49,086 nt of DNA from an uncultured Gammaproteobacteria bacterium (GCA_964441335.1 CAYTUI010000003.1:1-49086), one strand, 5' to 3'. Shown: positions 1 through 12,668, numbered from the stretch's first letter. Program-made: numbers and translations. Notes: generated from the sequence alone by a model not told the origin.

Positions 1-1
1 A

Positions 2-2866
2 ACTGACATCAATAATGTTTTGTATGTAAAAATAGACCGCAAAAGAAAGGTTGCCGTCACTGCACTACTACGGGCTTTTGGTCTGGGAACTAACGAACAA
101 ATTTTGGAGAAATTTCTGGATTTGGCCGATGACAAGGGCCCGAACTATTTGGAAGAGACTTTCAAAAAAGATATTTCTAAAAATGAGGCCGAGGGCTTAA
201 TTGAAGTTTACAAAAGAATCAGACCGGGTGATCTGGCAACGACTGACAATGCCCGCAATTTAATTCATTCCATGTTCTTCAATTTTGACCGCTATGACTT
301 TGACCGCGTCGGTCGCTATAAAATGAATCTGCGGTTTGCTTTGAAACTGCCGATCAATAAAGAGACTCGAGTTTTACGACTGGAGGATTTAATTTTGATC
401 ATTAAAGAAATTGTCCGTCTCAACAGAACTCAAGAGGAAGCTGATGATATTGACCACTTGGGCAACCGCCGCATCCGCGCTGTCGGTGAATTAGTGCAAA
501 ATAAATTCCGCATCGGTCTGGCCAGAATGGAACGAATTATTAAAGACCGAATGAGCACCTTGGACATTAACACTCTGACTCCGAATCAGCTGATCAATGC
601 CCGACCGGTAATTGGTTCTATTAAGGAATTTTTCATGAGCTCGCAGTTATCGCAGTTCATGGATCAGACCAACCCCTTGTCAGAATTGGAACATAAAAGA
701 CGTTTATCAGCCATGGGACCGGGCGGTTTGTCCCGCGAAAGAGCCGGCTTTGAAGTCCGAGACGTGCATAGAACTCACTACGGCCGTATCTGCCCGATTG
801 CTACTCCTGAAGGACCGAATATCGGTTTAGTCGGACATCTGGCTTCTTTTGCCAGAATTAATGACTATGGTTTTATTGAAACGCCTTTCCGCGTAGTACT
901 CCATGACATAGCTAATGATCCTAAAAAGACTGCCGGCGAAATTGCCCGTCAGGATATTAGCGACGACAAGAATCATGTCATTGTTAAAGCCGGTGAAAAA
1001 ATTACCGAGGAAGCGGCTAAAAAAATTGCCACTGTCAGCGGACTACAATTAGTTCCAATTAAACCGCGGGTAACCATGGAAGTTGTTTACCTAGACGCCT
1101 TTACTGAAGAAAAAAGTGTTACCACTGCCGCTACCACTCCGTTAACTGCTGACGCCTATTTTGTTAGCGACCAAGCGGAAATGAGAATTCATGGTCATCC
1201 TAAATTTGATCGAGTAGAAAAAATTGATTACATGGACGTCGCTCCTAATCAGATCATCAGCGTCAGCACTTCTTTAATTCCTTTTCTGGAACATGACGAC
1301 GCTGTCCGCGCTTTGATGGGAACCAACATGCAACGTCAGGCAGTTTCTCTGGTTAGACCGGAGGCTCCGATTGTCGGAACCGGCATGGAAGCCCGCGCCG
1401 CCCAAGATTCAGGACAAGTAATTATTACCAAAGAAGATGGCGAAGTCACGGCTGTCCAGAGCAATAAAATTGAAGTTAAGGGCAAGAGCGGCATTACCAC
1501 CTATGAGCTGGGTAAATTCATGCGCTCCAACTCCTTTACCAGTATGAACCAAAAACCGGTCATCAATAAGGGTGACAAAGTTAAAACCGGTGATGTTTTG
1601 GCTGACGGTGCCGCTACCGATCATGGCGAACTGGCTTTAGGCCGCAACGTGTTGGTCGGCTATATGTCCTGGTGCGGCGGTAACTATGAGGACGCGGTGC
1701 TGATTTCCGAACGTCTGATTAAAGAAGATTTTTACACTTCTATTCACATTGAAGATTATTCCATTGACGTCCGTGACACCAAACTTGGTCCGGAAATTGT
1801 TACCAGAGACATTCCCAATATTTCAGAAGAAAAATTAAAAGATTTGGATGAAGAAGGAATTATCCGCATCGGCGCTAAGCTGACAGCCGGCGATATTATG
1901 GTCGGTAAGATTACTCCTAAAGGAGAGAGCGAACTGTCGGCTGAAGAAAAACTACTGCGCGCCATCTTCGGCGAAAAAGCCAAGGATGTCCGCGACTCCT
2001 CTCTGTACCTGGAACACGGCGAGCACGGTAAGGTAATTGATATTAAAATTTTCGCCCGTGAAAAAGGTGATAAGCTGCCGGCCGGTGTTATTAAGACTAT
2101 TCAAATCACAGTGGCGCAAACCAGAAAGATTCAGGTTGGCGATAAGATGGCCGGACGTCACGGTAATAAGGGCGTTATTTCCCGCGTGGTACCGGAAAGC
2201 GATATGCCTTATCTGGCCGACGGTACTGCCATTGATATTATTCTCAATCCTTTGGGTGTTATTTCCCGTATGAATTTAGGACAGTTATTGGAGGCCCACT
2301 TAGGTTTGGCTGCCAGAAAATTGGGTTATAAAGTAGCCAGTCCGGCTATTAACGGCGTGCCGGCCTCGGCTATTCGCGAGGAATTGAAAAAAGCCGGTTT
2401 TGCCGAAGACGGCAAAGTCCAGTTATATGATGGTCGCACCGGCTTACCTTTTGATAACCGCTCGGTAGTCGGTATGTCTTACATGCTTAAACTGAATCAT
2501 TTGGTTGAAGATAAAATTCACCAACGATCTATTGGTCCTTACTCCTTGGTCACCCAACAGCCTCTGGGCGGTAAAGCGCAGTTCGGCGGACAACGTTTCG
2601 GAGAAATGGAAGTTTGGGCTTTGGAAGCTTATGGCGCCGCCCATACTTTGCAGGAAATCCTGACTATTAAATCGGATGATGTGCCCGGCCGTTCCAAAGC
2701 CTACGAGTCAATCATCAAAGGCGAGCCGATTGAAAAAATTAGTATTCCCGAATCCTTCAATGTATTAGTGAAGGAACTTAAAGGTCTGGGACTGGAAGTA
2801 GAGCTGTTGGATCACCAAGGTAAAGCCATCAGCAATACCCCAGAACCGGAGGATAACAGACAGTAA
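2..2866 (+). CDS. rpoB: DNA-directed RNA polymerase subunit beta (5'-truncated by window edge)
   Basis: Motifs [33 protein letters not shown] and [19 protein letters not shown]; frame is open to the window start; followed by rpoC. Confidence 0.99.
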   Translation, partial: TDINNVLYVKIDRKRKVAVTALLRAFGLGTNEQILEKFLDLADDKGPNYLEETFKKDISKNEAEGLIEVYKRIRPGDLATTDNARNLIHSMFFNFDRYDFDRVGRYKMNLRFALKLPINKETRVLRLEDLILIIKEIVRLNRTQEEADDIDHLGNRRIRAVGELVQNKFRIGLARMERIIKDRMSTLDINTLTPNQLINARPVIGSIKEFFMSSQLSQFMDQTNPLSELEHKRRLSAMGPGGLSRERAGFEVRDVHRTHYGRICPIATPEGPNIGLVGHLASFARINDYGFIETPFRVVLHDIANDPKKTAGEIARQDISDDKNHVIVKAGEKITEEAAKKIATVSGLQLVPIKPRVTMEVVYLDAFTEEKSVTTAATTPLTADAYFVSDQAEMRIHGHPKFDRVEKIDYMDVAPNQIISVSTSLIPFLEHDDAVRALMGTNMQRQAVSLVRPEAPIVGTGMEARAAQDSGQVIITKEDGEVTAVQSNKIEVKGKSGITTYELGKFMRSNSFTSMNQKPVINKGDKVKTGDVLADGAATDHGELALGRNVLVGYMSWCGGNYEDAVLISERLIKEDFYTSIHIEDYSIDVRDTKLGPEIVTRDIPNISEEKLKDLDEEGIIRIGAKLTAGDIMVGKITPKGESELSAEEKLLRAIFGEKAKDVRDSSLYLEHGEHGKVIDIKIFAREKGDKLPAGVIKTIQITVAQTRKIQVGDKMAGRHGNKGVISRVVPESDMPYLADGTAIDIILNPLGVISRMNLGQLLEAHLGLAARKLGYKVASPAINGVPASAIREELKKAGFAEDGKVQLYDGRTGLPFDNRSVVGMSYMLKLNHLVEDKIHQRSIGPYSLVTQQPLGGKAQFGGQRFGEMEVWALEAYGAAHTLQEILTIKSDDVPGRSKAYESIIKGEPIEKISIPESFNVLVKELKGLGLEVELLDHQGKAISNTPEPEDNRQ

Positions 2867-2873
2867 AAAATAT

Positions 2874-5800
2874 ATGCCAACTCCTTCAACAACCAAGACA
2901 ACTTTTTTGCCGCAGGAACCAACCACAGAACCGATTGAGTTTGAATCAATCCGTTTACGCTTGGCTTCGCCTGACGACATCCATAAATGGTCCTCCGGAG
3001 AAGTTCTGACCCCCGAGACCATTAATTATCGTACCCAAAAGCCCGAGCGGGACGGTCTATTCTGTGAAAAAATATTTGGGCCGACCAAGGACTGGGAATG
3101 CTATTGCGGAAAATACAAACGTATCCGCTACAAAGGTATTGTCTGCGATAAGTGCGGCGTGGAAGTTACCCGCAGTATCGTGCGTCGCGAACGCATGGGG
3201 CATATTGATTTGGCCGCGCCGGTTTCGCACATTTGGTTCTTACGCGGTGTACCCTCAAAGATCGGCCTACTATTAGACATCTCCGTTCAGGATTTAGAAA
3301 AGGTTATTTACTTTGCCAGCTTTATTATTACTTCAGTAGATGAAACTTTACGACAGGAAACCCTGGAACAGATTAAAAACGAACTGAACACCAAGCGAAA
3401 ACAAATTGATAATGAGTTCAATCAGAAACAGCAGGAAGTCAACAAGAAAAAGAACAAAATGTTGTCCGAAGGTAAAGAACTAAAGATTGTGGAACAGTTA
3501 ACTGACGAGGAATTGATGAAACTGAATTCCGGCAAGATTGATAAAATATCCAAACTGGAAGAAGCCGCCGATATCGCCCGTAAAGAACTTAAAGAACTGC
3601 GACCAAAGCTGATTATTTCCGAATCAAAATATCAGGATCTATCTTTAAAATATGGTCATGTTTTTGAAGCCCGCATCGGCGCCGAAGGTATTAAATACCT
3701 GTTACATCAGATTGACCTGGAAAAAATAACCAAAGAACTGGACACCGAAATTGAAACAGTTATTACTTCCAAAAAGAAAAAAATGATTCGCCGTTCACGA
3801 TTGATCAAGAGCTTGCTGGTCAATAAGATTAGCCCCTCTTGGATGATCATGGACGCTGTACCGGTCATTCCTCCGGACCTGCGACCAATGGTGCAGTTAG
3901 ACGGTGGCCGCTTTGCCACTTCCGATTTGAACGACCTATATCGCCGCGTTATTAACCGCAACAACCGTTTAAAAAGACTTAAGGAACTGAACGCTCCGGA
4001 AATTATTCAGCGCAACGAAAAAAGAATGTTGCAGGAAGCGGTTGACGCTCTGATTGACAACAACGCCAGACACGGCAAAACCACCACCTCTTCAACGGGT
4101 CAGAAAAGAATGCTCAAGAGTATTGCCGACATGCTTAAAGGTAAGCAGGGTCGTTTTCGTCAGAACCTTTTGGGTAAACGTGTTGACTACTCCGGCCGTT
4201 CCGTTATCGTGGTCGGTCCTCACTTAAAACTGCATCAGTGCGGTTTGCCGAAGAAAATGGCTTTGGAGATTTACCGACCGTTTGTTATTTCCAAACTGAT
4301 TGCGGCGGAAATCGTTCACAACGTCCGTAGCGCTAACCGTTATATTGAAGAGGGTCACGCTGAAGTCTGGGACATTCTGGAATCTGTCACTAAAGGCTCG
4401 CACGTTATGTTAAACCGCGCTCCAACTTTGCACCGTTTAGGTATTCAGGCTTTTCAACCAATCTTAATTGAAGGTAAAGCGATTCAGCTCCACCCTCTGG
4501 TTTGTAGCGCCTTTAACGCTGACTTTGACGGAGACCAGATGGCTGTCCATTTACCGTTAACAGAAGCTGCCAAAAAAGAAGCTGGCGACTTAATGTTGGC
4601 TTCCAACAACTTGTTAAAGCCGGCAACCGGCGAACCGATTACCAGTCCGAGTCAGGATATTGTCTGGGGAGTTTACTATTTGACTTATGTTAATCCCGAG
4701 GACAAGGTGGAAAAATTCTTCAGCAATCAGGATGAAGCTGAAGCCGCCTACAAAATGAATAAAATTGGTTTACAACAGCCGATTCGCGTCAGACACCAGG
4801 GCGAGACTTTGATTACCAGCGTTGGCCGTCTAATCTTTAACGCCATTCTGCCTCCAAAATTTGAGTTCATTAATGAAACGATGACCAAGAAACATGTTAA
4901 AAAAATTGTGGCTGATGCGATTCATAAAATACCGGGCGATAAAGTAGTGGAACTTTTGGATGCTATTAAAGATATCGCCTACACTTACATGACCGTCTCC
5001 GGTTTATCCTGGGGCATGGGCGACATTCCGGAACTTAAGGAAAAGAAAGACCTGATCGCCGAGGGCGAAAGTCAAATTGAAAGTATTCAGCAACAGTTCA
5101 ACGATGGTCTATTAACCGACCGCGAACGTTACATTAAAGTTATTGAAGCTTGGACCTCAATTAAAAACAGAATTACTGATATCAGCAAACAGGCTTTTGA
5201 TCCCAAAAATTCTGTCCACACGATTATTGAATCCGGCGCCCGCGGAACCTGGGCCCAGATGATTCAAATCATGGGTATGAAAGGTTTGGTGATTAACCCG
5301 GCCGGAGAAATTATTGAACTGCCGGTTAAAGCTAACTTTCAAGAAGGTTTGGACGTTTTGGAATACTTTATTTCCACCCATGGTACCAGAAAAGGTTTGT
5401 CTGACACAGCCTTAAGAACAGCCAACGCCGGTTATCTGACCAGACGTTTGGTTGATGTGGCCCAGGACTTGGTCGTCATTGAAAAAGACTGTAAAGATAC
5501 CGAGGGCAGAGTCTTGACCAAAGAAGACACCGAGGAAATGAATGATACTCTGGCCGAAAGAATCAGCGGACGCTTCTTAGCCGCTGACCTGAAAGACAGC
5601 AAAGGTAAAGTAGTATTTAAACGAGGCGACCTGATTACTCTTGACGATATTAAGAAAGTCCAGAAAGCCGATCCAGCTGTGGCGATTATTCGTTCGGCTT
5701 TGACCTGCAAGGCTGTGCGCGGCGTTTGCCAAACCTGTTATGGTTTTGAACTTGGTCATAATGAACTGGTTAAACTAGGAACAGCTGTTGGTATTATTGC

Positions 5801-6749
5801 CGCCCAAAGTATTGGCGAACCAGGAACCCAGTTGACCATGAGAACCTTCCATACCGGCGGTGTGGCTGGCGGTGATATTACTCAAGGTTTGCCCAGAGTT
5901 GAAGAACTGTTTGAAGCACGTATACCGAAGAAAAAAGCCATTATCTCCCCGATTAACGGCCAAATCATTATTGATGATGAAAACCTTGGTGCCAACAAGA
6001 TGCGCCTGATTAAAATCAAACAGCAAGAAGCCGGCCAGGAAGAACATGCTTTGCGTGATGAAGACATTATCAAGGTTAAAGACGGCCAGGAAATTTCCAA
6101 AGGACAAATTTTATATGTCCGAGATGACCAGCAGATTCCCAGCACTTTGTCAGGCCTGCTAAAACTGACCAAAAAAACTTTAAAGGTTGTCGGCCGCAAA
6201 GACGAGATGCTGGAAGTTGTTATACCAGCCGGCTATAATCTGTGGGTTAAAAATGGCGATTTAGTTGAACCGGGGCAATCACTGACTGAAGGTAGCGTTG
6301 ACCTACATGAACTATTCAGACTGCAGGGTCACCTAGCTGTTCAAAAATATATTATTAAAGAAATTCTATACATCTATTCTTCACAGGGACAGAAGCTCAA
6401 CGACAAACATATTGAATTGATTGCCAGACAGATGTTCTCCAGAATCTACGTTAAAGATGCTGGTGATACTGATTTACTGCCGGGAGAAGTCGTCACCTAT
6501 ACCCAATTCCAGGAGTCTAATAAAAACTCCAAAGGTAAAAAAGCTGACGCTGAAAGATTATTATTGGGCATTACTAAAGCATCTCTGGCTTCAGACTCTT
6601 TCTTATCAGCGGCTTCCTTCCAAGAAACAACCAGAGTACTAGTTGATGCCGCTATTACCGGTAAAGTTGACCACCTAACAGGCTTAAAAGAAAACGTTAT
6701 CATCGGACGGTTAATACCAGCCGGAACTGGTTTTAAACCAAAAAAATAA
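2874..6749 (+). CDS. rpoC: DNA-directed RNA polymerase subunit beta'
   Basis: Catalytic NADFDGD, N-terminal zinc-binding CYCGKY...CDKC, and [19 protein letters not shown]. Confidence 0.99.
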   Translation: MPTPSTTKTTFLPQEPTTEPIEFESIRLRLASPDDIHKWSSGEVLTPETINYRTQKPERDGLFCEKIFGPTKDWECYCGKYKRIRYKGIVCDKCGVEVTRSIVRRERMGHIDLAAPVSHIWFLRGVPSKIGLLLDISVQDLEKVIYFASFIITSVDETLRQETLEQIKNELNTKRKQIDNEFNQKQQEVNKKKNKMLSEGKELKIVEQLTDEELMKLNSGKIDKISKLEEAADIARKELKELRPKLIISESKYQDLSLKYGHVFEARIGAEGIKYLLHQIDLEKITKELDTEIETVITSKKKKMIRRSRLIKSLLVNKISPSWMIMDAVPVIPPDLRPMVQLDGGRFATSDLNDLYRRVINRNNRLKRLKELNAPEIIQRNEKRMLQEAVDALIDNNARHGKTTTSSTGQKRMLKSIADMLKGKQGRFRQNLLGKRVDYSGRSVIVVGPHLKLHQCGLPKKMALEIYRPFVISKLIAAEIVHNVRSANRYIEEGHAEVWDILESVTKGSHVMLNRAPTLHRLGIQAFQPILIEGKAIQLHPLVCSAFNADFDGDQMAVHLPLTEAAKKEAGDLMLASNNLLKPATGEPITSPSQDIVWGVYYLTYVNPEDKVEKFFSNQDEAEAAYKMNKIGLQQPIRVRHQGETLITSVGRLIFNAILPPKFEFINETMTKKHVKKIVADAIHKIPGDKVVELLDAIKDIAYTYMTVSGLSWGMGDIPELKEKKDLIAEGESQIESIQQQFNDGLLTDRERYIKVIEAWTSIKNRITDISKQAFDPKNSVHTIIESGARGTWAQMIQIMGMKGLVINPAGEIIELPVKANFQEGLDVLEYFISTHGTRKGLSDTALRTANAGYLTRRLVDVAQDLVVIEKDCKDTEGRVLTKEDTEEMNDTLAERISGRFLAADLKDSKGKVVFKRGDLITLDDIKKVQKADPAVAIIRSALTCKAVRGVCQTCYGFELGHNELVKLGTAVGIIAAQSIGEPGTQLTMRTFHTGGVAGGDITQGLPRVEELFEARIPKKKAIISPINGQIIIDDENLGANKMRLIKIKQQEAGQEEHALRDEDIIKVKDGQEISKGQILYVRDDQQIPSTLSGLLKLTKKTLKVVGRKDEMLEVVIPAGYNLWVKNGDLVEPGQSLTEGSVDLHELFRLQGHLAVQKYIIKEILYIYSSQGQKLNDKHIELIARQMFSRIYVKDAGDTDLLPGEVVTYTQFQESNKNSKGKKADAERLLLGITKASLASDSFLSAASFQETTRVLVDAAITGKVDHLTGLKENVIIGRLIPAGTGFKPKK

Positions 6750-6771
6750 TATTTGCTTAATGTTAAGCCCA

Positions 6772-6820
6772 ACAAAAACCGTTGTCCGAAATTTTTAAAG
6801 TAGGCCAGCGGTTTTTGTTT
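6772..6820 (+). terminator. Probable terminator hairpin after rpoC
   Basis: acaaaaaccgttg...cagcggtttttgt inverted repeat followed by Ts. Confidence 0.55.
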
Positions 6821-6847
6821 TAGAACCTTAGTGTTATAATTCAGCTG

Positions 6848-7492
6848 ATGAGTAAAAAACATCATTTAAGTGAGGAGCAGATAACGACTTTAATTAAAGA
6901 ATTTCAGCCGATTATTTATCAACCAAAACATGATAAGTATGAACCGAAATTCATGTATTATCGTACCCGCATCCGCGGTAACATTCTGCAAGTCACCTAC
7001 TACACTGTTTGGGATAACGAACGCCATCCGCGTTATGTTTTTCACGTCTTGTACGCTTTTCTGTTTAGAAAATTTTATTACGGGTCAATTAAGGATATTG
7101 AATTCATTCAAATTGATATTGATCTACTGACTAAACAAATTACCGATATCCGTTACGATCAGCCAAACAAAAATAACTATAATGTAATGTTCCCGTTCCA
7201 CCGCCCTAATCACTTAAAACGTTTACCTTTGCCCAATTCTTTGCCCAATAAAGAAGATTATGTTTTTGTAAAATTTCATGGCAAGGAAAATCGTTATCAT
7301 GGTTTAATCAGACCGCGCTTTACTAATCAGCGTGTTCATATGGCGGTAGCCAGCTGGAATCATGTTTATGACCTCTATATCAAGGATCTGGACGACAAGG
7401 CCAAGCAATTCTCCGGCTTACTATTACAAAAGTTTGACTATAAAACCTATAAAAAGTATAAAACCAACCGCCGTAGCAAAGGTCAGTTTTAA
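6848..7492 (+). CDS. Hypothetical basic/aromatic-rich protein
   Basis: 214-aa ORF; TGtTATAAT extended -10 lies 7 nt before the ATG. Confidence 0.75.
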   Translation: MSKKHHLSEEQITTLIKEFQPIIYQPKHDKYEPKFMYYRTRIRGNILQVTYYTVWDNERHPRYVFHVLYAFLFRKFYYGSIKDIEFIQIDIDLLTKQITDIRYDQPNKNNYNVMFPFHRPNHLKRLPLPNSLPNKEDYVFVKFHGKENRYHGLIRPRFTNQRVHMAVASWNHVYDLYIKDLDDKAKQFSGLLLQKFDYKTYKKYKTNRRSKGQF

Positions 7493-7615
7493 TTTCCAAG
7501 AACAAAAAATCAAATAACAAGGAGCAATAAATTCCAATTTCCAATTATCAAGAAATAAGTCCGGGGATTGGAATTTGGAATTTATAAACTATTGGTCCTT
7601 GATTTTTGGAGCTTA
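7492..7615. repeat. AT-rich 7-nt-periodic palindromic intergenic element
   Basis: Left-arm heptads (aatttcc, aaataac, aattatc) mirrored by right-arm heptads (atttgga, attggtc, tttggag). Confidence 0.6.
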
Positions 7616-7670
7616 ATTTAATAGGTATTTTATCTTTATCTAAGCCCCATTTTATGCTAAAATAGTGTCC

Positions 7671-10022
7671 ATGATTGGTCGCAAAAAAAGGCGTTATAAA
7701 CGCCACCGAAACATCCCTGCTTTGGAGCCCGAAAGTTGGCAGTTAAGCTCCGAGACTAAAAAGACTATCATAATTATAGTCATTTTTACCTTTGCTTTAC
7801 TGGGGATTATCTCATTATTTAACGGAGCTGGTGCTTTGGGCGAATGGATTCACTGGGGCCTAGGCCAGCTGTTTGGCTGGGCTAACTGGATAGTCCTGTT
7901 ACTTCTCTTGGTATTGGATTATTTTTTGCTATTTGACGAAAAATATTCCTTCAAAAAAATAAACTATTTTGGCTTGGCTTTGCTCTGGCTATCGCTGACC
8001 GGTCTATTTGATTATTTGGTTAATGATGAAACATTGAAAGAAATTACTGCCGGCGGCCGCGGTGGCGGTTACCTGGGATATTTTATCGGTCATAATTTAT
8101 CATACGTAGCCGGTTTTTGGGGAGGGCTAATAATTCTTCTGGGTGCATTATTTATCAGCATCTTTATTTTCTTTAACACCTCCTTTAGACAAATCTTAGA
8201 GCGAGTTAAGGATTTCCAAGAGGGACTTGGCCATGGCGATCATGAAACGATTTACAATCAGGTTGGTGAGGAGCCTGTGGCTGAAGAAAACTACAGTGAA
8301 GTAGAAGAGGAGATTGAAGAGCCTGCGCAAGAGATCGGTGACAATAAACAAATAGCGGGGGCTATTTCGGAAGAAACAAAAAGAGAAACCGGCAGAACTT
8401 ATAAGCGCGTCAAGAGAATTGAGATCCCTCTGGATTTATTAAATTCAGCCACCTCTAAACCAACCAGCGGGGATATCAAAATCAATTCTTTAAAAATTGA
8501 AAAGACCCTAGAAAACTTTGGCATTGATGTTACTATGGCCGAGATAACAGTCGGACCGACAGTCACTCAATATACTTTCAAACCAGCTGAAGGTGTTAAG
8601 CTGTCAAAAATTACGGCCTTGCAAAATGATATTTCTTTGGCCTTAGCCGCCCACCCCATCAGAATTGAAGCGCCTATACCAGGCAAGTCATTGGTTGGTA
8701 TTGAAGTGCCGAACGTAACCCCTTCTCTGGTCAGGCTTAGAGAAGTTATCAGTAGTGATGTTTTTAAAGAAAATAAGAATGACTTAGTGATTACTCTGGG
8801 TAAAGATGTGACTGGAAAAAGTGTTGTTGCCGACCTTGGAAAAATGCCCCACTTGTTGATTGCCGGGGCTACCGGCAGTGGTAAATCCGTAGCCATTAAC
8901 AGTATTATCATCAGTCTACTCTGGAAAAACTCTTCCTCTGATCTGAAGATAATTCTTGTTGATCCTAAACGAGTTGAACTTACCAGTTACAATGATATCC
9001 CCCATCTTTATACTCCGGTTATTACTGATGTTAAAACTACCATCAACACTTTACGTGGCGTGGTTAATGAAATGGATGATCGTTATAAACTGCTGGCCAG
9101 CGCTGGTAAAAAAAATATCACCAGTTACAACAGCGCTTTACTGCTTAATAAGATGCCTTACATTGTCGTGGTTATTGATGAGCTGGCAGATTTGATGGCT
9201 GTCGCCGCCCGGGATGTGGAAGCGGCTATCGTTAGACTGGCGCAAATGGCCCGCGCCGTCGGCATTCATCTGATACTAGCTACCCAAAGACCGTCAGTTA
9301 ATGTTATTACCGGTCAAATTAAGGCAAATATCACTTCGCGCGTCGCTTTTGCCGTGGCCTCTCAAATTGATTCCCGAACCATCTTAGATACTTCCGGAGC
9401 TGAAAAATTGTTAGGCAATGGTGATATGTTATATATCAGTGCCGAACTATCCAAACCTAAACGTATCCAGGGTGCTTTTGTCTCTGAAACAGAGGTCAGC
9501 GCCGTAACAGATTATCTTAAAGCCAAAGGTGGTAAACCCGATTACAATATGGAAATATCCGAACCAAAAGGACATAGCGGTCTTGCCGGACAATTTGAAG
9601 ACGATCAAGATGACGAGGAACTGGGCATAGCGACCGATATTATTGTCAAAAGCGGCCGCGCTTCAGCCACATTATTACAAAGCCGCATGCGTATCGGTTT
9701 TGCCAAAGCCGCCAGACTATTGGAATTACTGGAAGACAGAGGCATCGTCGGGCCTTCCCAAGGCGCTAAACCACGCGAGGTATTAGTTACAGCCGAAGAT
9801 TTAGCAAATAATTTTGATCCTCGGTCAGAGGCCGAAGATCAGATGGACAATAATCAATCCCTAGCTGAAGATGATCAATACACTGATCAGCCTTTGGCTG
9901 ACGACGAACAGGATGATACTGAAAAAGACCAATACACAGACCGGTCAGAGGCCGAAGATCAGCCGGATGATGATCAATCAATGGCGGATGATCGGCCTTT
10001 GGACGAGGAAGATAAGTTCTAA
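7671..10022 (+). CDS. ftsK: FtsK/SpoIIIE DNA translocase
   Basis: N-terminal 4TM region, Walker A GATGSGKS, VVVIDELADLM, ATQRPS, gamma domain; acidic C-terminal tail. Confidence 0.97.
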   Translation: MIGRKKRRYKRHRNIPALEPESWQLSSETKKTIIIIVIFTFALLGIISLFNGAGALGEWIHWGLGQLFGWANWIVLLLLLVLDYFLLFDEKYSFKKINYFGLALLWLSLTGLFDYLVNDETLKEITAGGRGGGYLGYFIGHNLSYVAGFWGGLIILLGALFISIFIFFNTSFRQILERVKDFQEGLGHGDHETIYNQVGEEPVAEENYSEVEEEIEEPAQEIGDNKQIAGAISEETKRETGRTYKRVKRIEIPLDLLNSATSKPTSGDIKINSLKIEKTLENFGIDVTMAEITVGPTVTQYTFKPAEGVKLSKITALQNDISLALAAHPIRIEAPIPGKSLVGIEVPNVTPSLVRLREVISSDVFKENKNDLVITLGKDVTGKSVVADLGKMPHLLIAGATGSGKSVAINSIIISLLWKNSSSDLKIILVDPKRVELTSYNDIPHLYTPVITDVKTTINTLRGVVNEMDDRYKLLASAGKKNITSYNSALLLNKMPYIVVVIDELADLMAVAARDVEAAIVRLAQMARAVGIHLILATQRPSVNVITGQIKANITSRVAFAVASQIDSRTILDTSGAEKLLGNGDMLYISAELSKPKRIQGAFVSETEVSAVTDYLKAKGGKPDYNMEISEPKGHSGLAGQFEDDQDDEELGIATDIIVKSGRASATLLQSRMRIGFAKAARLLELLEDRGIVGPSQGAKPREVLVTAEDLANNFDPRSEAEDQMDNNQSLAEDDQYTDQPLADDEQDDTEKDQYTDRSEAEDQPDDDQSMADDRPLDEEDKF
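9822..9962 (+). repeat. Intragenic 21-bp direct repeat (120-bp spacing) in the ftsK acidic tail
   Basis: cggtcagaggccgaagatcag at 9822-9842 and 9942-9962. Confidence 0.85.
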
Positions 10023-10025
10023 ACC

Positions 10026-10730
10026 ATGAACTCCTTCAGAAAAAAAAGTATTGGCTCCGGGACAACTCTAGCCGAACAATTTAATCAAGCCAGACTTACT
10101 AAACAATTAAGTTTAAAAACCTGTGCTGTTGAGTTGGATATCCAACAAAAGTATTTAGAATATTTGGAAACTTCAAATTTTGAAAGTTTACCGGGCGAGG
10201 CTTATGCCAAGCACTGGGTTAAACAATATGCCGAGTATTTAGGTCTGTCGGCTAGGCAGTGTCTGGAAAAATACTTGCGGGAAAAAAATATTAAACACAA
10301 ATTGGTTGAACCAGAACCGGAAATAGTCAGCTCCAATCCCGGTCGTAAAATTTTTCGTTCGTTATTTAGCCGCCTTAATCTGCGATCGTTTATCATCGGG
10401 GTTATCATATTAGCTTTAATCGGCTACCTTGGCATTTTCATGTTCCAAACTTTTGAACCACCAAAAATATCTTTCAACCCTCCTTTAACTGATCAAAAAA
10501 CCCAAAATGATAGCTTAACTATCGCCGGCCAAACTGAATCGGGTGTCCAATTATGGTTTAATGAGCAAACTATACTGGTCAATAATGACGGCAGTTTTAA
10601 TCAACAGATCCCCTTGGCCGAAGGCTTGAATATATTAACAATCCGTGCTAAAAAAAAGCATAGCCGGACCTTTGAAGAAACCATTCAGATAGTTAAGAAC
10701 TCTTTACCGGAACTAATAAATAATCAATAA
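10026..10730 (+). CDS. RodZ-like HTH protein with one TM helix and C-terminal Ig-like domain
   Basis: HTH_25-type N-terminus (YLEYLETSNFESLPGEAYAKHWVKQYAEYLGL), TM segment, beta-rich C-terminus; lies between ftsK and recA. Confidence 0.8.
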   Translation: MNSFRKKSIGSGTTLAEQFNQARLTKQLSLKTCAVELDIQQKYLEYLETSNFESLPGEAYAKHWVKQYAEYLGLSARQCLEKYLREKNIKHKLVEPEPEIVSSNPGRKIFRSLFSRLNLRSFIIGVIILALIGYLGIFMFQTFEPPKISFNPPLTDQKTQNDSLTIAGQTESGVQLWFNEQTILVNNDGSFNQQIPLAEGLNILTIRAKKKHSRTFEETIQIVKNSLPELINNQ

Positions 10731-10910
10731 ATCCGAGCACCTTCATTATAGAGCATTAGTTTATACAGGGAATGTTGGAGTTAATTATCCCAACAATTGA
10801 GACTATGTGATATTCTAGAAGGTGCTGGATAAATACAGGGCTTAAAAAGCAATCCTTTGACAGGGCAGAGGATACCGTCAACCAAAGGCTGGCGGCTAAT
10901 AGAAACACAT

Positions 10911-11906
10911 ATGGAACAAGTAGACAAAAACAAAGCTGCCCAAGAGGCCATGAGTCAAATCCAAGACCGTTTTGGAGAAGGCTCAATTATGAAGCTGGGC
11001 GACACCAAAACCTTGGATGTCGCGTCATTTACCACCGGCTGTTTGTCATTAGACATTGCTTTAGGCATTGGCGGAGTACCCCGCGGCCGAGTCATTGAAA
11101 TTTATGGCCCGGAAGCTTCCGGCAAAACGACTCTAGCTCAACACATTGTAGCCGAGGCGCAAAAACAAGGCGGAGTAGCCGCTTTTATTGACGCCGAGCA
11201 CGCTCTGGATCCTGAATATGCCAAAAAGATAGGCGTTGACGTTAAGAACCTCTTAATCTCCCAACCAGATACCGGGGAACAGGCCTTAGAAATAGCCGAG
11301 ACCTTAGTCCGATCCAACGGCGTTGATGTGGTAGTTATAGACTCGGTGGCCGCTCTGGTGCCTAAAGCTGAACTGGAAGGCGATATGGGTGATTCACATA
11401 TGGGACTGCAAGCCAGACTTATGAGCCAAGCTTTAAGAAAAATAGCCGGCGTGGTTCACAAAAGCCAAACCACCGTTATTTTCATTAATCAAATCAGAAT
11501 GAAGATCGGCGTCTTTTTCGGCAATCCCGAAACTACTACCGGCGGCAATGCCCTGAAATTCTACTCCTCTGTCAGAATCGAAGTCCGACGCGCGGCGCAA
11601 ATTAAACAGGGCGAACAAATAATCGGCAACCGTGTTAAAGCCAAAGTGGTAAAAAATAAAATTGCTCCACCTTTCAAGACCTGCGAATTTGACATCATGT
11701 ATAATGAAGGGATTTCCGTCTCCGGCGACATCTTGGATCAGGGAGTAATCTATGGTGTTATTACCAAAGCCGGCAACTCCTACAGTTATGGCGAAATTAA
11801 GCTAGGCGTGGGCCGTGAGAATGCTAAAACATTCCTTAGAGGCGATAAAAAACTTATCGGTCAAATACGAAAAGAAATCCTGAAAAAAGCCGGTATCAAT
11901 AATTAG
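10911..11906 (+). CDS. recA: Recombinase RecA
   Basis: [30 protein letters not shown]; ATG at 10911 preferred over TTG. Confidence 0.99.
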   Translation: MEQVDKNKAAQEAMSQIQDRFGEGSIMKLGDTKTLDVASFTTGCLSLDIALGIGGVPRGRVIEIYGPEASGKTTLAQHIVAEAQKQGGVAAFIDAEHALDPEYAKKIGVDVKNLLISQPDTGEQALEIAETLVRSNGVDVVVIDSVAALVPKAELEGDMGDSHMGLQARLMSQALRKIAGVVHKSQTTVIFINQIRMKIGVFFGNPETTTGGNALKFYSSVRIEVRRAAQIKQGEQIIGNRVKAKVVKNKIAPPFKTCEFDIMYNEGISVSGDILDQGVIYGVITKAGNSYSYGEIKLGVGRENAKTFLRGDKKLIGQIRKEILKKAGINN

Positions 11907-11912
11907 TCTTAA

Positions 11913-11946
11913 ATCACAAAACCCCGGTAAAGCGGGGTTTTGTGAT
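11913..11946 (+). terminator. Intrinsic terminator after recA
   Basis: atcacaaaaccccg-gtaaag-cggggttttgtgat perfect stem. Confidence 0.85.
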
Positions 11947-12014
11947 AGAATAAATAAGTAATGATATTAGGAGTTTGTAGGTACATAGTTATGTGCTATT
12001 AATTTTTGCATAAT

Positions 12015-12599
12015 ATGCTCGAAGCAATTAAAAACCTAACATGGGAGACCTCAGATATATTGAGTATAGTCGCCATTGTTTTATCAGTAATTTTTTCCGT
12101 TCTTACAATCATCCTAACCAAAAAAGAGAAACCAAACGTAATGCCGTATGGTCAAAATGTCTTCGACGGTAACCACCTTGTCCTAGATTTTAACAATCCT
12201 AGCGACACCAATCTTCATGATCTTATACTCCTAATAAACGGCTTTGACTCAGAGTTTAACGAAATTTCATCTCTACATTTTCAAGATAAGTATTTATTCA
12301 CTATTAGTTCAAAATCTATGTTCAACTATGGATTTAACGTCGGTGACACCTGGGCGACCAAAAACTTCTTCTTCAGAGTACGTCTAAAGGGTAAATATTT
12401 CTCACGTTTTCCAATATTCGCAACAAGAAAATTTGAACAAAAAATTTGGTACTCAGCAATAGTACGAAAATTAGTTGAAGAAAAAATTAGTATCAAAATA
12501 TCGACTACTCACCGAGATGAAATTAATAGGCTCGAAGCAAAACATAAGGTGGCGCTAAAAGAATACGAAAAAAATATTGACGAAAAGTTTAAAAATTAA
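12015..12599 (+). CDS. Hypothetical protein with N-terminal membrane anchor
   Basis: ORF with hydrophobic segment ILSIVAIVLSVIFSVLTIIL. Confidence 0.7.
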   Translation: MLEAIKNLTWETSDILSIVAIVLSVIFSVLTIILTKKEKPNVMPYGQNVFDGNHLVLDFNNPSDTNLHDLILLINGFDSEFNEISSLHFQDKYLFTISSKSMFNYGFNVGDTWATKNFFFRVRLKGKYFSRFPIFATRKFEQKIWYSAIVRKLVEEKISIKISTTHRDEINRLEAKHKVALKEYEKNIDEKFKN

Positions 12600-12668
12600 T
12601 AGCAGATAACATCGCATATCTGGCTCATCAACCTTGCTTTATTTTTCCCTTTAGATTATGCTCTGCCT

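Noticed and set aside
1409-6865. Short alternative-frame and antisense ORFs inside rpoB/rpoC (and similar ones inside other long genes)
   Set aside because: Shadow ORFs without independent signals
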